64,000 nt of DNA from Candidatus Aphodoplasma sp. (lineage in GTDB: Bacteria; Bacillota; Clostridia; UBA1381; UMGS1253). The DNA lies in NCBI GenBank assembly GCA_045592745.1, contig JAZNVH010000011.1, positions 21,864-85,863 on the forward strand, given 5' to 3'. Made by a program: the position numbers and the translations under genes. Under the pieces are notes generated by a model. It worked only from the letters and a program-made list of their open reading frames with translations, ran no database searches and was not told where the DNA came from. Below, in pieces: positions 39,406-48,682 of this stretch. The first letter of the stretch is position 1. Each line of letters starts with the position of its first letter.

Positions 39406-40044
39406 TTAGTCTAAAATGGATTTTATATATCCTGCAATTTCATCACACTGACAGTTTGCAAAGAATAATTCTTTGAATTTTTTGCCGCTTACAGCACCTT
39501 TTAAAAGTTCTTGGTCAATGTTTTTAAGAATAGTCATCATATCAGTGTGTGTAACTTTTTTAACCTCATTAAGAATTTTTGCATTTCTCTGTTCGGGAAC
39601 GGCTCTCTCTTTTGGATAGCCACCGCCCCACTCTTCTACAAAAAGCTTTTCAAAAACATACTGAAGATTTAGCTCTGCACCCCATCCCCAACCTTTTGCG
39701 AATGGAAGAGCAATACAGTTACCGTTGTTTACTTGTGTAAACTGGTAAGCATCTGTGGGGTCAACAATATGTCCGCAAAGCACGCCCGGAAAAGCATTAC
39801 AAGCAAGCATTGCGCCTTCGCCTGTACCACAACCTGTTATTACAAGGTCAGCAGCCTTTGAGTTTAAAAGAATAGCTGACAAAATACCAATTTGCACATA
39901 TGTAAGCTATGATTCGTCTTCTGCCGAATACATACCATAGTTAAAAACGGTGTGTCCCATAGGCTCAACAACTTTTTTAAGAGTATCAACAATTACTGCG
40001 TTTTTAGCCGCTTGACTATTTTCGTTGATAAGTGCGATTTTCAT
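39406..40044 (-). pseudogene. RpiB/LacA/LacB-family sugar-phosphate isomerase interrupted by one in-frame TAG (codon 46)
   Basis: Own translation from the ATG at 40042-40044 (RBS AAGAGGTGA): MKIALINENSQAAKNAVIVDTLKKVVEPMGHTVFNYGMYSAEDES, then TAG (39907-39909), then LTYVQIGILSAILLNSKAADLVITGCGTGEGAM... in the same frame. The total is 213 codons, the normal length for this family. Confidence 0.75.
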
Positions 40045-40143
40045 CTTTTTCACCTCTTTTTATTAAATTTTTTGTAAAAAACCTTTGTATAATCATTATA
40101 ATATATGGGATTAAAAAAATCAATACTAAATTGCATCGGCGTA

Positions 40144-40172
40144 TTGACGCAGACTAAAAAGAAGAGTATTAT
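40144..40172 (+). promoter_or_regulatory. Sigma-A promoter upstream of the deacetylase gene
   Basis: TTGACG (40144-40149), 17-nt spacer, TATTAT (40167-40172). Confidence 0.45.
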
Positions 40173-40200
40173 ATATTTAAGTCCAAAGGAGGAGATATTT

Positions 40201-41058
40201 ATGAAATTTGTAATGAGATACCCTGGCGGTAAAAATTTGGCACTTACATTAAGTTATGATGACGGAGTAGAGCAAGATATTCGCCTCGTTGATATTATGT
40301 CAAAGCATGGCCTTAAAGGCACATTTAATATAAATGCAGCTTTATTTAATACCTATGGAACTTCTGTTCATAGGAGAATGAGCGGGCCTGAGGCAGCTAA
40401 GCTTTACAAAGAAAGCGGAAACGAGGTTGCGGTTCATACATATGAGCATATTTATATGTCAGAGCCACCTGTGGAAAACCTGACATATCAGATTTTAAAA
40501 GACCGCGTAGAGCTTGAAAAGCTTACGGGCACGATTATTCGCGGAATGGCGTATCCTTATGGTTTTTACTGTACAGACAATGCAGATAATGTTATAAACA
40601 GCCTCAAAGCTTGTGGTATAGCATATTCAAGAATGACGGGAGCTTCGGAAAAATTCAGTCTGCCTGAAGACTGGCTAAAGCTTAAGCCGACGTGTCATCA
40701 CAATCATCCAAGACTTATGGAGCTTTTTGATGCGTTTTTAGAAAACAGAATCCCGTCCGATGCCAAAAACAGAATTATAAATCCGTGCAAGATGTTTTAT
40801 CTGTGGGGACACAGCTATGAGTTTGATAATGACAACAACTGGGATGTTATTGAAAATTTTGCAAAACTTGCGGGTGGACACAATGATATATGGTATGCTA
40901 CAAACATTGAGATATATGACTATGTTATGGTGTATCGTCAGCTTCGTTTCAATGCCGAGGCTACACTTGTGCATAACCCGACAGCGACGGATATATGGAT
41001 TGCAACAGAGTCAAATGATTATGTTGTTAAAGCGGGAGAAACAATATCGTTAGAATAG
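40201..41058 (+). CDS. Polysaccharide deacetylase family protein (NodB homology domain)
   Basis: ORF track 40105-41058; the ATG at 40201 follows AAGGAGGAG. The LALTLSYDDGVEQD motif (NodB motif 1, DD) and downstream His-containing blocks (VHTYEH) are present. Confidence 0.7.
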   Translation: MKFVMRYPGGKNLALTLSYDDGVEQDIRLVDIMSKHGLKGTFNINAALFNTYGTSVHRRMSGPEAAKLYKESGNEVAVHTYEHIYMSEPPVENLTYQILKDRVELEKLTGTIIRGMAYPYGFYCTDNADNVINSLKACGIAYSRMTGASEKFSLPEDWLKLKPTCHHNHPRLMELFDAFLENRIPSDAKNRIINPCKMFYLWGHSYEFDNDNNWDVIENFAKLAGGHNDIWYATNIEIYDYVMVYRQLRFNAEATLVHNPTATDIWIATESNDYVVKAGETISLE

Positions 41059-41076
41059 TTAAAAAGTTTAATAAAA

Positions 41077-41107
41077 AACAGCGGTTTATATTACCGCTGT
41101 TTTTTTA
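41077..41107. terminator. Bidirectional terminator between the deacetylase gene and mutS2
   Basis: AACAGCGGT / ACCGCTGTT stem with loop TTATATT, flanked by AAAAAA and TTTTTT. Confidence 0.8.
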
Positions 41108-41115
41108 CATAAAAA

Positions 41116-43494
41116 CTACTTTAGCTCTGCAATTGTAACGCCGTCCTCGCCTTCGCCGTACATACCGAGGCGGTGCGATTTCACAAGGCGATGGCGTTTT
41201 AGCATATCAGATATCCCCGAACGAAGAATTCCTGTGCCTTTGCCGTGAATTATACTTATCTGTGTAAGACCCGCCATATATGCATCGTCAATAAATCTGT
41301 CAGTTTCCATCATAGCTTCTTCAAGGTTCATTCCCCGAAGGTCAATCTCTGTTTTTATGTTTGCCTTTTTTGAAATGTATCCAACATATGCTTTGGATTC
41401 TTGTTTTTTATTTTTCTTTTCGTTATCTTTTTTTGCAAGACGCAAATCAGACAGCTTTACCGTTACTTTAAGAACGCCGATTTGTACCTGAACGTTTTTG
41501 TCGGCGTCTGGCTCTTTTATAACCTCGCCCACTTGCCCGAATGATACCACCTCGACACTTTCGCCCACCTTTACGGTTTTTGGTGCACTTTGTGAAGATT
41601 TTTTCTTTAATACATCCGAAAAGCTTTCATCAAGCGCGTCCTCTTTTTTGCGAAGACGTGAGCGTGCATCATCGACGGATTTATCAATGTTTAATTTAGA
41701 TGCGTTTTTCTTTAGCTTATTAAGTTCTTTTATAACAGCGCTGCTTTCTTCTTTTGCATCAAGAATTATGCGTTTTGCCTCACGCCGAGCCTCATCAAGC
41801 ATTTTTTGACGCCTGTCTTCAAGAATTTGCTTTTGCGAGCTGATTTTATCACGCAGTTCGTCTGCCTCTTGGCGAAGAAGAATGGCTTTTTTTGCTTCTT
41901 CATCAGCAATTTTTTTACTTTCATGAAGGTCGGTTATCAAGTCTTCAAAACGCACATTGTCTTCACTCATAAGCGACTTTGCACGCTCGATAATATTCAT
42001 ATCAAGACCAAGCTTTGACGATATTGCAAAGGCATTTGATTTTCCCGGAATACCAATAAGCAGTTTATATGTGGGTTTTAGCGTTTTTACATCAAATTCG
42101 CACGATGCATTACACACACCCGGAGTTGAAATTGCAAACAGTTTAAGCTCGCTGTAATGTGTTGTAGCCGCGGTGGTTGCACCTACAAGGCGAAGATATT
42201 CCAAAATTGCAACAGCAAGCGCTGCGCCTTCGATAGGGTCTGTTCCTGCGCCAAGCTCGTCGAAAAGTACAAGCGAATTTTTGCCAGCCTTATTTACTAT
42301 ATTTACAATATTTGTCATATGAGAAGAAAAGGTCGAAAGGCTTTGCTCAATGCTTTGTTCATCGCCAATATCTGCCCATATGCTGTCAAAAATTGCTACT
42401 GATGAATTGTCATTTGCGGGAATGTGCAGACCGCACGCTGCCATAATACAAAATAGCCCTATTGTTTTAAGTGTTACTGTTTTTCCGCCCGTATTGGGGC
42501 CGGTGATAACAAGAGTATCAAAATCGCCGCCAAGAGTTATATCGTTTGCAACAACATTTCTGTGTGCAATAAGTGGGTGGCGTGCCTTTTTTAGCTGTAT
42601 AAAGCCTTTGTTATTTAGTTTTGGCTCGCTACCACCGTATTTTGCCGAAAGCCTTGCTTTGCAGAAGATAAAATCAAGCTCACATATTGTTTTATAATTT
42701 GCCAAAAGAGCATCTTTGTATTCAGATACCTCGGCCGAAAGTGCGGCAAGTATGCGCCCGATTTCCGCCTGCTCTTTTGCCTTTAAATCACGAATTTCGT
42801 TGTTGGCATTTACAACGCTCATCGGCTCTATAAAAAGCGTTGCACCCGATGAGGATGTATCGTGAACAATACCGTTTACCTCGCTTCGGTACTCGGCGCG
42901 CACGGGTATTACGTATCTGTCGTCGCGCATTGTAACTATCGGGTCCTGAAGATATTTTTTATATCTCTCGGAACGGATGACGGAGTCGAGCATTTCCTTG
43001 ATTTTGTCCTGAAGATTTCGTATTTTTCTTCGTATAGACGAAAGCTCTGCGCTTGCATTATCGGCAATTTCCTCTTCTGAAAGGATACACATATATATCT
43101 GCTCTTCAAGCGGCTTTACGACCGTAAGTGCATTTCTGATTTCGCCAAGGATTTCGAGTTCTTCGCCGCCGTTTTCAAGGTAGCGCTTGGCATTCCGCGC
43201 GACGTATAAGACGCGTGCAATGTCCAAAAGCTCCTTTGGTGTTAAGACAGAGCCCATTGCGCAGCGCTTGAGTGCGGCTGTTATGTCTGCTATGGTAAGA
43301 TTTTGTATCTCACCATATTTTAACAGCATGGATGTGGCTTCATTTGTCTGATTTTGTAAAAACTGTGCCTCTTTTAAATCAGAGGTAGGAATGAGGTTTA
43401 AAATACGTTTTTTCACACTCTCATTACCCGTAAAATCTGCCAGTGTATTTAAAATTTTATCAAATTCAAGTATGCGTAATGCCTTGTTTCCCAT
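41116..43494 (-). CDS. mutS2: Endonuclease MutS2
   Basis: 792 aa. Walker A ITGPNTGGKT, MutS domain V blocks (LVLFDELGAGTDP) and a C-terminal Smr domain (IDLRGMNLEEAM...IIHGKGTGILR). Confidence 0.93.
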   Translation of the reverse strand: MGNKALRILEFDKILNTLADFTGNESVKKRILNLIPTSDLKEAQFLQNQTNEATSMLLKYGEIQNLTIADITAALKRCAMGSVLTPKELLDIARVLYVARNAKRYLENGGEELEILGEIRNALTVVKPLEEQIYMCILSEEEIADNASAELSSIRRKIRNLQDKIKEMLDSVIRSERYKKYLQDPIVTMRDDRYVIPVRAEYRSEVNGIVHDTSSSGATLFIEPMSVVNANNEIRDLKAKEQAEIGRILAALSAEVSEYKDALLANYKTICELDFIFCKARLSAKYGGSEPKLNNKGFIQLKKARHPLIAHRNVVANDITLGGDFDTLVITGPNTGGKTVTLKTIGLFCIMAACGLHIPANDNSSVAIFDSIWADIGDEQSIEQSLSTFSSHMTNIVNIVNKAGKNSLVLFDELGAGTDPIEGAALAVAILEYLRLVGATTAATTHYSELKLFAISTPGVCNASCEFDVKTLKPTYKLLIGIPGKSNAFAISSKLGLDMNIIERAKSLMSEDNVRFEDLITDLHESKKIADEEAKKAILLRQEADELRDKISSQKQILEDRRQKMLDEARREAKRIILDAKEESSAVIKELNKLKKNASKLNIDKSVDDARSRLRKKEDALDESFSDVLKKKSSQSAPKTVKVGESVEVVSFGQVGEVIKEPDADKNVQVQIGVLKVTVKLSDLRLAKKDNEKKNKKQESKAYVGYISKKANIKTEIDLRGMNLEEAMMETDRFIDDAYMAGLTQISIIHGKGTGILRSGISDMLKRHRLVKSHRLGMYGEGEDGVTIAELK

Positions 43495-43588
43495 TGGCTT
43501 TTCTCCTAAACAATTCTTTTGTGTATTAAGTATAACACACTTACAAAAAAATTACAATTAATATAATCATTTAAAGTGTGAAAAACAG

Positions 43589-43617
43589 TTGATAAAATAT
43601 ATTTTATTTGGTATAAT
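43589..43617 (+). promoter_or_regulatory. Sigma-A promoter upstream of the DD-carboxypeptidase gene
   Basis: TTGATA (43589-43594), 17-nt spacer ending in TGg, then TATAAT (43612-43617). Confidence 0.6.
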
Positions 43618-43771
43618 TGACATATACAGTATTTTATTACATAAAATACTGAAAGTCCGGCGGCTTTTCACACTCTGTAAAGTGTGAATGTCAATTGACG
43701 GCGGTTTGAAAATATGCAGTTAACTATGAGATATCTAATATTATATGCTAGTATATAAGGAGATAATTTTG

Positions 43772-45070
43772 ATGAAAAAACGTTTTTTGCCAATTGTTAT
43801 AATTTTCGTTATACTTATAAATCTGTTTTGCACAAGCGCCGTGTTCGCAGCGCAGCCGCCACAGACTATCAGTGAGGCGGTAATACTTATTGACCAGGGA
43901 ACAGGCAGAGTTTTATATGAAAAAAATGCTGATAAACGACTTTATCCTGCAAGCACCACAAAAATAATGACGGCAATTTTGGCTCTTGAAAATTTACAGC
44001 TCGATTCTGTTGCAGTTGCAAGCTATGATGCTGTTATGTCAATACCTGTGGGTGGCAGCAATATGGGTATCCTTGAGGGAGAGCAGCTTACGGTTGAAGA
44101 GCTTTTGTATGGTGCGCTTGTAGCTTCTGCAAATGAGGCGTGCAACGTGCTTGCAGAGTATATGTGCGGCGATGTTGACAGCTTTGTTGTGCGCATGAAT
44201 GAAAAGGCAGCCGAGCTTGGTATGGTAAATACGAAATTTTTAAACCCGCACGGACTCCATTCGCCCGAGCACTATACAACAGCGCGCGATATGGCGATTT
44301 TAGCCCGTTATGCTATGCAAAATGAGAAATTTAGAATTATGGTTTCCACACCGCAGTATTTTATTGAGCCTACAAATAAGTATTCTCAAAAGAGAATTCT
44401 CACGTCGACCAATCATTTGATAAGCAGAATACAAAACGGCTCTTACTATTATTCAAAGGCTACGGGAATAAAGACCGGCTATACAAGTCAGGCGGGTAAT
44501 TGCCTTGTATCGTCTGCGTCAAAGACGGGAACGAACTTTATAGCGGTTACACTTAATGCAAAGCCACAGTCAGACGCAATATATTCATTTATTGATTCAA
44601 AGGCGCTTTTTGAGTATGGCTTTACAAATTATGAAACGCGCTCACTTGCAAAACCGGGTGAGTTGATTGCCGAGGCAAAGGTTAAAGAAGGACGCGGAAA
44701 AGATTTTGCAACTCTTGAGGTTAGCGAGGAGGTTTCGGGTCTTTTGCCTGCAGATGCGGATATAAACAACGTGCAAAAAACAATAACGCTAAAAGAAAAC
44801 ATACTTGCGCCGATTGCGGTGGGAGATGTTTTGGGTGAGGTTGCTTACACATACGAAGGTTATGAGCTTGGACGAGCCGCACTTGTGTCAAATGTAGAGG
44901 TAAAACGTGATTTCTTTATATTTATAATGAACAGAATTTTCGGCTTTTTTAATCTGTTGTGGGTAAAGATTCCGCTTATCATAATTATCGCATTTATTCT
45001 GTATAACATCATTTCGCGCAAGCTTAAGCGCAGAAAAAGAAGAAAATATCTTCGTTCGAGAAGATACTAA
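43772..45070 (+). CDS. D-alanyl-D-alanine carboxypeptidase (peptidase S11, PBP5/DacB-like) with a C-terminal membrane anchor
   Basis: ORF track 43745-45070; the ATG at 43772 follows AAGGAG. Signal peptide, SxxK (ASTTKIMT), SxN (SANEA), KTG (IKTGYT), then a terminal TM segment and a basic tail RKLKRRKRRKYLRSRRY. Confidence 0.85.
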   Translation: MKKRFLPIVIIFVILINLFCTSAVFAAQPPQTISEAVILIDQGTGRVLYEKNADKRLYPASTTKIMTAILALENLQLDSVAVASYDAVMSIPVGGSNMGILEGEQLTVEELLYGALVASANEACNVLAEYMCGDVDSFVVRMNEKAAELGMVNTKFLNPHGLHSPEHYTTARDMAILARYAMQNEKFRIMVSTPQYFIEPTNKYSQKRILTSTNHLISRIQNGSYYYSKATGIKTGYTSQAGNCLVSSASKTGTNFIAVTLNAKPQSDAIYSFIDSKALFEYGFTNYETRSLAKPGELIAEAKVKEGRGKDFATLEVSEEVSGLLPADADINNVQKTITLKENILAPIAVGDVLGEVAYTYEGYELGRAALVSNVEVKRDFFIFIMNRIFGFFNLLWVKIPLIIIIAFILYNIISRKLKRRKRRKYLRSRRY

Positions 45071-45080
45071 AAGTATAAAA

Positions 45081-45107
45081 AAGGAAACGAGTTTCGTTTC
45101 CTTTTTT
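45081..45107 (+). terminator. Rho-independent terminator after the carboxypeptidase gene
   Basis: AAGGAAACGA / TCGTTTCCTT 10-bp stem with loop GTT, then TTTT. Confidence 0.85.
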
Positions 45108-45131
45108 ATAGAGTAACTAAGGAGAATTTTT

Positions 45132-45971
45132 ATGGGTAAATATGACAACGTTTTAATATGCTCAGACCTTGACGGCACACTTTTGAGAAGCGATGGTACA
45201 CTATCAGATGAAAATCGTGAAGCGATTGACCGTTTTTGTGATGAGGGCGGAAAGTTTTGTATATCTACTGGAAGACTTCCTTCTCACCTGTTAAAGTTTT
45301 TTCCAAAGGAGTTTTTCAAAAGCCCTGTTATTTGTTGTAATGGTGCATGTATATATGATTATATGGAAGATAGGGTTCTTTATTCTCGTCCGCTTTCGGA
45401 CAAAAAGCATGAAATTTATAATTTTCTTGAAAAAAATTCTTCTCATATAATCCGTACAACAATATTTGTAGAACTAAAGCTTAATGCGTGCGAAGGTTTT
45501 AAAGAGAATGCAGCGTGGATAAAAGATACACTGTGCAATACAGTTTATAAAATGGTGCTCAGTATAGACAGCCCTGAAGCTGCCATAGAGCTTCGTGATA
45601 AGCTGACACAAAAATTTGGTGAATTTTTTAATTTTTCAAGAAGCTGGGATACGGGCGTGGAAATACTTGATATAAGTGCAACAAAAGGGCACACAATAAA
45701 TCATTTGAAAAATATCCTTGGCGGCAGCTGTACAACAATCTGCGTAGGCGATTATGAAAACGATATCACGATGATACAGGCAGCGGATATAGGATGTGCG
45801 GTTAAAAATGCGGTGCCACAGCTTAAAGAGGCGGCCGACCGTATAATATGCTCAAACGATGAACACGCCATAAAATATATTGTAGAAAATATATGTGATG
45901 AATTGGGCCGTAGCAAAATGCGTACACCACCCAAGGCAAAAAACGCAGAGCAAAACGTTTTGATTAATTAA
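45132..45971 (+). CDS. Cof-type HAD-IIB family hydrolase
   Basis: Motif I CSDLDGTLL, a cap region, and the C-terminal GDYENDITM (GDxxND) motif. Confidence 0.8.
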   Translation: MGKYDNVLICSDLDGTLLRSDGTLSDENREAIDRFCDEGGKFCISTGRLPSHLLKFFPKEFFKSPVICCNGACIYDYMEDRVLYSRPLSDKKHEIYNFLEKNSSHIIRTTIFVELKLNACEGFKENAAWIKDTLCNTVYKMVLSIDSPEAAIELRDKLTQKFGEFFNFSRSWDTGVEILDISATKGHTINHLKNILGGSCTTICVGDYENDITMIQAADIGCAVKNAVPQLKEAADRIICSNDEHAIKYIVENICDELGRSKMRTPPKAKNAEQNVLIN

Positions 45972-46000
45972 TATAACCAAAACAACATAAAGCTTAAAGA

Positions 46001-46029
46001 AGAAATTCGCCATTCGGCGAATTTCTTTT
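46001..46029 (+). terminator. Rho-independent terminator after the HAD hydrolase gene
   Basis: AGAAATTCGCC / GGCGAATTTCT 11-bp stem with loop ATTC, then TTTA. Confidence 0.7.
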
Positions 46030-46047
46030 ATATATGCCTTGTGTTTT

Positions 46048-46114
46048 GAACAAACCTTGCCTCTTGTCGTACCCGCGTACGACTTCGGGTAACCCCTACG
46101 GGCTCGGTTTGTCC
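46048..46114. other. GC-rich structured intergenic element (candidate small RNA or repeat element)
   Basis: GAACAAACC (46048-46056) pairs with GGTTTGTCC (46106-46114); the helix is perfect only as a minus-strand transcript, through a G-U pair. An inner 7-bp hairpin is GTCGTAC (46066-46072) / GTACGAC (46077-46083). The element is boxed between two terminators. Confidence 0.25.
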
Positions 46115-46143
46115 AATCTACGCTATTTTTCGTCCAGCCCCAA

Positions 46144-46184
46144 AAAGAGGTTGTAGCAAAAAGGTATTTTGCTACAACCTCTTT
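46144..46184. terminator. Strong bidirectional terminator downstream of the GerM-like gene
   Basis: Perfect 18-bp stem AAAGAGGTTGTAGCAAAA / TTTTGCTACAACCTCTTT with loop AGGTA, and T-runs on both strands. Confidence 0.85.
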
Positions 46185-46192
46185 TGATTTTT

Positions 46193-47140
46193 TTATTGTT
46201 TAATAAGCTCTTCGTTCTTCACAAAAGGTTCGTCAAAAACTATTTCTCCGTATGTTTCCACCTTTTGTCCTTCGATTAAAAACTGTACTTTATCTATATT
46301 TTCAAGCTCTGTAAGTGTGTTGACAATAGAGTATATCGTCAACAGTTCACTGCTTGAACCGGCAACGCGCTTGTCTGTAAATTCTTTTGAAAAATTGACA
46401 AAACATACGCCGTCCTTAATCTCTGTCGAGATAAGCTTTGCTTCGGCAGGAATAAGCTTTAGTCCTGATGATAATGAGCCACGCATAAGCTCGTTTATAA
46501 CGATTTTTTCAACAGGCTCTTTATCGTTTTGAACTACGCTGCGACGCTCAAGCTGAAGCTTTGCAGCGTCTTTGTCTGCAAAGTAGAGAGATATCACAAG
46601 AGAGTTGTTTTTTGCCTGTGAGCTGTCGATGATATCTTCGCTGCCGAGCGCTCCATACGCGACTTTATCCGAATTTATAAGCTCGTTTCCTTCAACCAGA
46701 ATTTTAACCTTTGTAACATAACTTGTTTCGCAAAGTGTTTTTACAATTGTTGCAGCAGCAAGACTGTTGTCTATGTCACTTTCACCATAAAAAGCCGAAG
46801 AAAAATTGACAGTTGCAATACTGGCGTCACAGTCAAGCGACAAAAGCTGCGTGCTCTCGGGAATTGCACGTTTTTTTTCAACACTGTCTTTAGGACCTTT
46901 TATAAGAATATTTGTAAGCGCACAAAGGGTGTCAATTTCGCTCATAGGCTCCACAGATGCTGTTTCAGATACGAGTTTTGTTTTTGTACTGTCTAAAAAA
47001 TATACAGAGTACGACTTAGTTGTCTTGTTTGCGACCTCTCCGAAATCATTTGTCGAGTACACAATGTAGCCAAGTGCACACAAAAGAGCAAAAGATATAA
47101 GGCAGGCCATAATTACCATTATTGATTTACTTTTCTTCAA
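46193..47140 (-). CDS. GerM-like (GerMN domain) sporulation/germination protein
   Basis: N-terminal membrane or lipoprotein-like anchor MKKSKSIMVIMACLISFALLCALG, then two similar ~120-aa modules (VYFLDSTKTKLVSE...; ISLYFADKDAAKLQLERR...LMRG). The assignment is from remembered family features. Confidence 0.5.
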   Translation of the reverse strand: MKKSKSIMVIMACLISFALLCALGYIVYSTNDFGEVANKTTKSYSVYFLDSTKTKLVSETASVEPMSEIDTLCALTNILIKGPKDSVEKKRAIPESTQLLSLDCDASIATVNFSSAFYGESDIDNSLAAATIVKTLCETSYVTKVKILVEGNELINSDKVAYGALGSEDIIDSSQAKNNSLVISLYFADKDAAKLQLERRSVVQNDKEPVEKIVINELMRGSLSSGLKLIPAEAKLISTEIKDGVCFVNFSKEFTDKRVAGSSSELLTIYSIVNTLTELENIDKVQFLIEGQKVETYGEIVFDEPFVKNEELIKQ

Positions 47141-47262
47141 AACATCACCACCGAACTTGTGTATATGGATTAATTATAAGTAACCCTATATATAGAATTA
47201 TACAATATAATCATTACAAAACTGTTAAAAAAACAACAAAAATTACAAAAAACTTATAAAAT

Positions 47263-48648
47263 TTACTTTCCCGAGTATGGAAGTATGATAATAAACTTGC
47301 TTCCAACGCCCTCTTCACTTATAACTTCTATATGTCCGCCGTGCATGGAAACGGCATCCTGTGCAATCGCAAGACCGAGTCCCGTTCCGCCTGTTTCTCT
47401 TGCACGCGCTTTGTCGACACGATAAAAACGGTCAAAAATTGAAGGCGCATCTTCCTTTGGAATACCTATTCCATCATCTTCAATTTCAATAATGGTTTTT
47501 GTTATATCCGAAGAAAGTGTCATTTTAACATTTCCGCCGTTGTCGGTGTATTTTATGCTGTTATCTACAATGTTGTATATCGCTTCATAAATTTTATCGC
47601 GGTCAAGAAGCATTTCGGTATGCGGCTTTTCTGAATCGTATGAAAAACTCAGCTTGATATTTTTTGAACGTGCAAGAGGCAAAAGCTTTTTGACAATTCT
47701 GGTTAAAAGCGTAGTCAAATCAACGGTTTCAAGCTGTGCAACCGACTTTTGAGAGTCGTTTTTAGTAAGGTCTAAAAGCCTTTCAACAATTCTGGTAAGT
47801 CTGTCAACCTCGTTTGACATATCCTCTAAAAACTCACGCACCATTTCAGGGTCGGGATTGGGCGCTTGAAGGATTGATTCTGACAAAAGCTTTAGCGTTG
47901 CAAGCGGTGTTTTAAGCTCGTGTGATGCGTCCGATACGAACATGCGACGTTTTTCTTCGATAAACTGAAGCTGTTTTATCATCTGATTAAACGCTTCTCC
48001 AAGCGATGCAATTTCGTCATGTCCATGTACAGGAACTGTCTGATTAAAGTTTCCTTCTGAAATTTCACTTGCAGCTGCGGTAAGCTTTATAAGAGGTGTT
48101 GTAAATATGTTTGCCAAAAGCGCACTTAAAAGAGCAATGAGCGCGCTTACAATTATTGAAAGAGTCAAAAGCGATGAGGTAATATCGCCAAGAAAATGGT
48201 CTGATTCACTCATAAGCTGACTAAGGTAAATTACACCTGTAATTTTTGAGCCTTGTCTTATGGGCGTTGCAACGTCCATGCTGCTTTGGGAGCGTTCGTT
48301 TTCGTATACGCTGTTAGAGTCCTCGCCCAAAAGTGCTTTTTTTACTGTTTCATTCATAAACATTTTTCCGCGAAGGCTGTTGTCCTGATCGTTATCATAG
48401 GTAACAATCGCCTGAGTGTCCAAAATGATAAGACGCATAGGCTTGTCCGAGAAAAGCTCTTTTGAAGCTTCGGACAGTGCCATCGGATTTTGCGCACCTG
48501 CTTCCAAAATGATGTTTGAAACAATGTTTGCTTTTGTAAACATTGAAACCTTTTCTTTGCTGTAAAAATAGTCCTGAAGAGATGAAATAATATATACACT
48601 CATCAAAATAAGCGCAAGAAGGCTGACAGAAAGGTATGCCAGCGCCAT
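47263..48648 (-). CDS. Sensor histidine kinase (two TM segments, HAMP, HisKA, HATPase_c)
   Basis: H-box SHELKTPLATL, N-box IVDNSIKYT, G-boxes DDGIGIP and GTGLGLAI. Start uncertain: the ATG at 48648 lies downstream of the RR stop, while the ORF-track TTG at 48756 would overlap the RR gene by 74 nt. Confidence 0.85.
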   Translation of the reverse strand: MALAYLSVSLLALILMSVYIISSLQDYFYSKEKVSMFTKANIVSNIILEAGAQNPMALSEASKELFSDKPMRLIILDTQAIVTYDNDQDNSLRGKMFMNETVKKALLGEDSNSVYENERSQSSMDVATPIRQGSKITGVIYLSQLMSESDHFLGDITSSLLTLSIIVSALIALLSALLANIFTTPLIKLTAAASEISEGNFNQTVPVHGHDEIASLGEAFNQMIKQLQFIEEKRRMFVSDASHELKTPLATLKLLSESILQAPNPDPEMVREFLEDMSNEVDRLTRIVERLLDLTKNDSQKSVAQLETVDLTTLLTRIVKKLLPLARSKNIKLSFSYDSEKPHTEMLLDRDKIYEAIYNIVDNSIKYTDNGGNVKMTLSSDITKTIIEIEDDGIGIPKEDAPSIFDRFYRVDKARARETGGTGLGLAIAQDAVSMHGGHIEVISEEGVGSKFIIILPYSGK

Positions 48649-48682
48649 CTTCCAGCGAAGTGATGAGCGGGAAACCTTGAAA

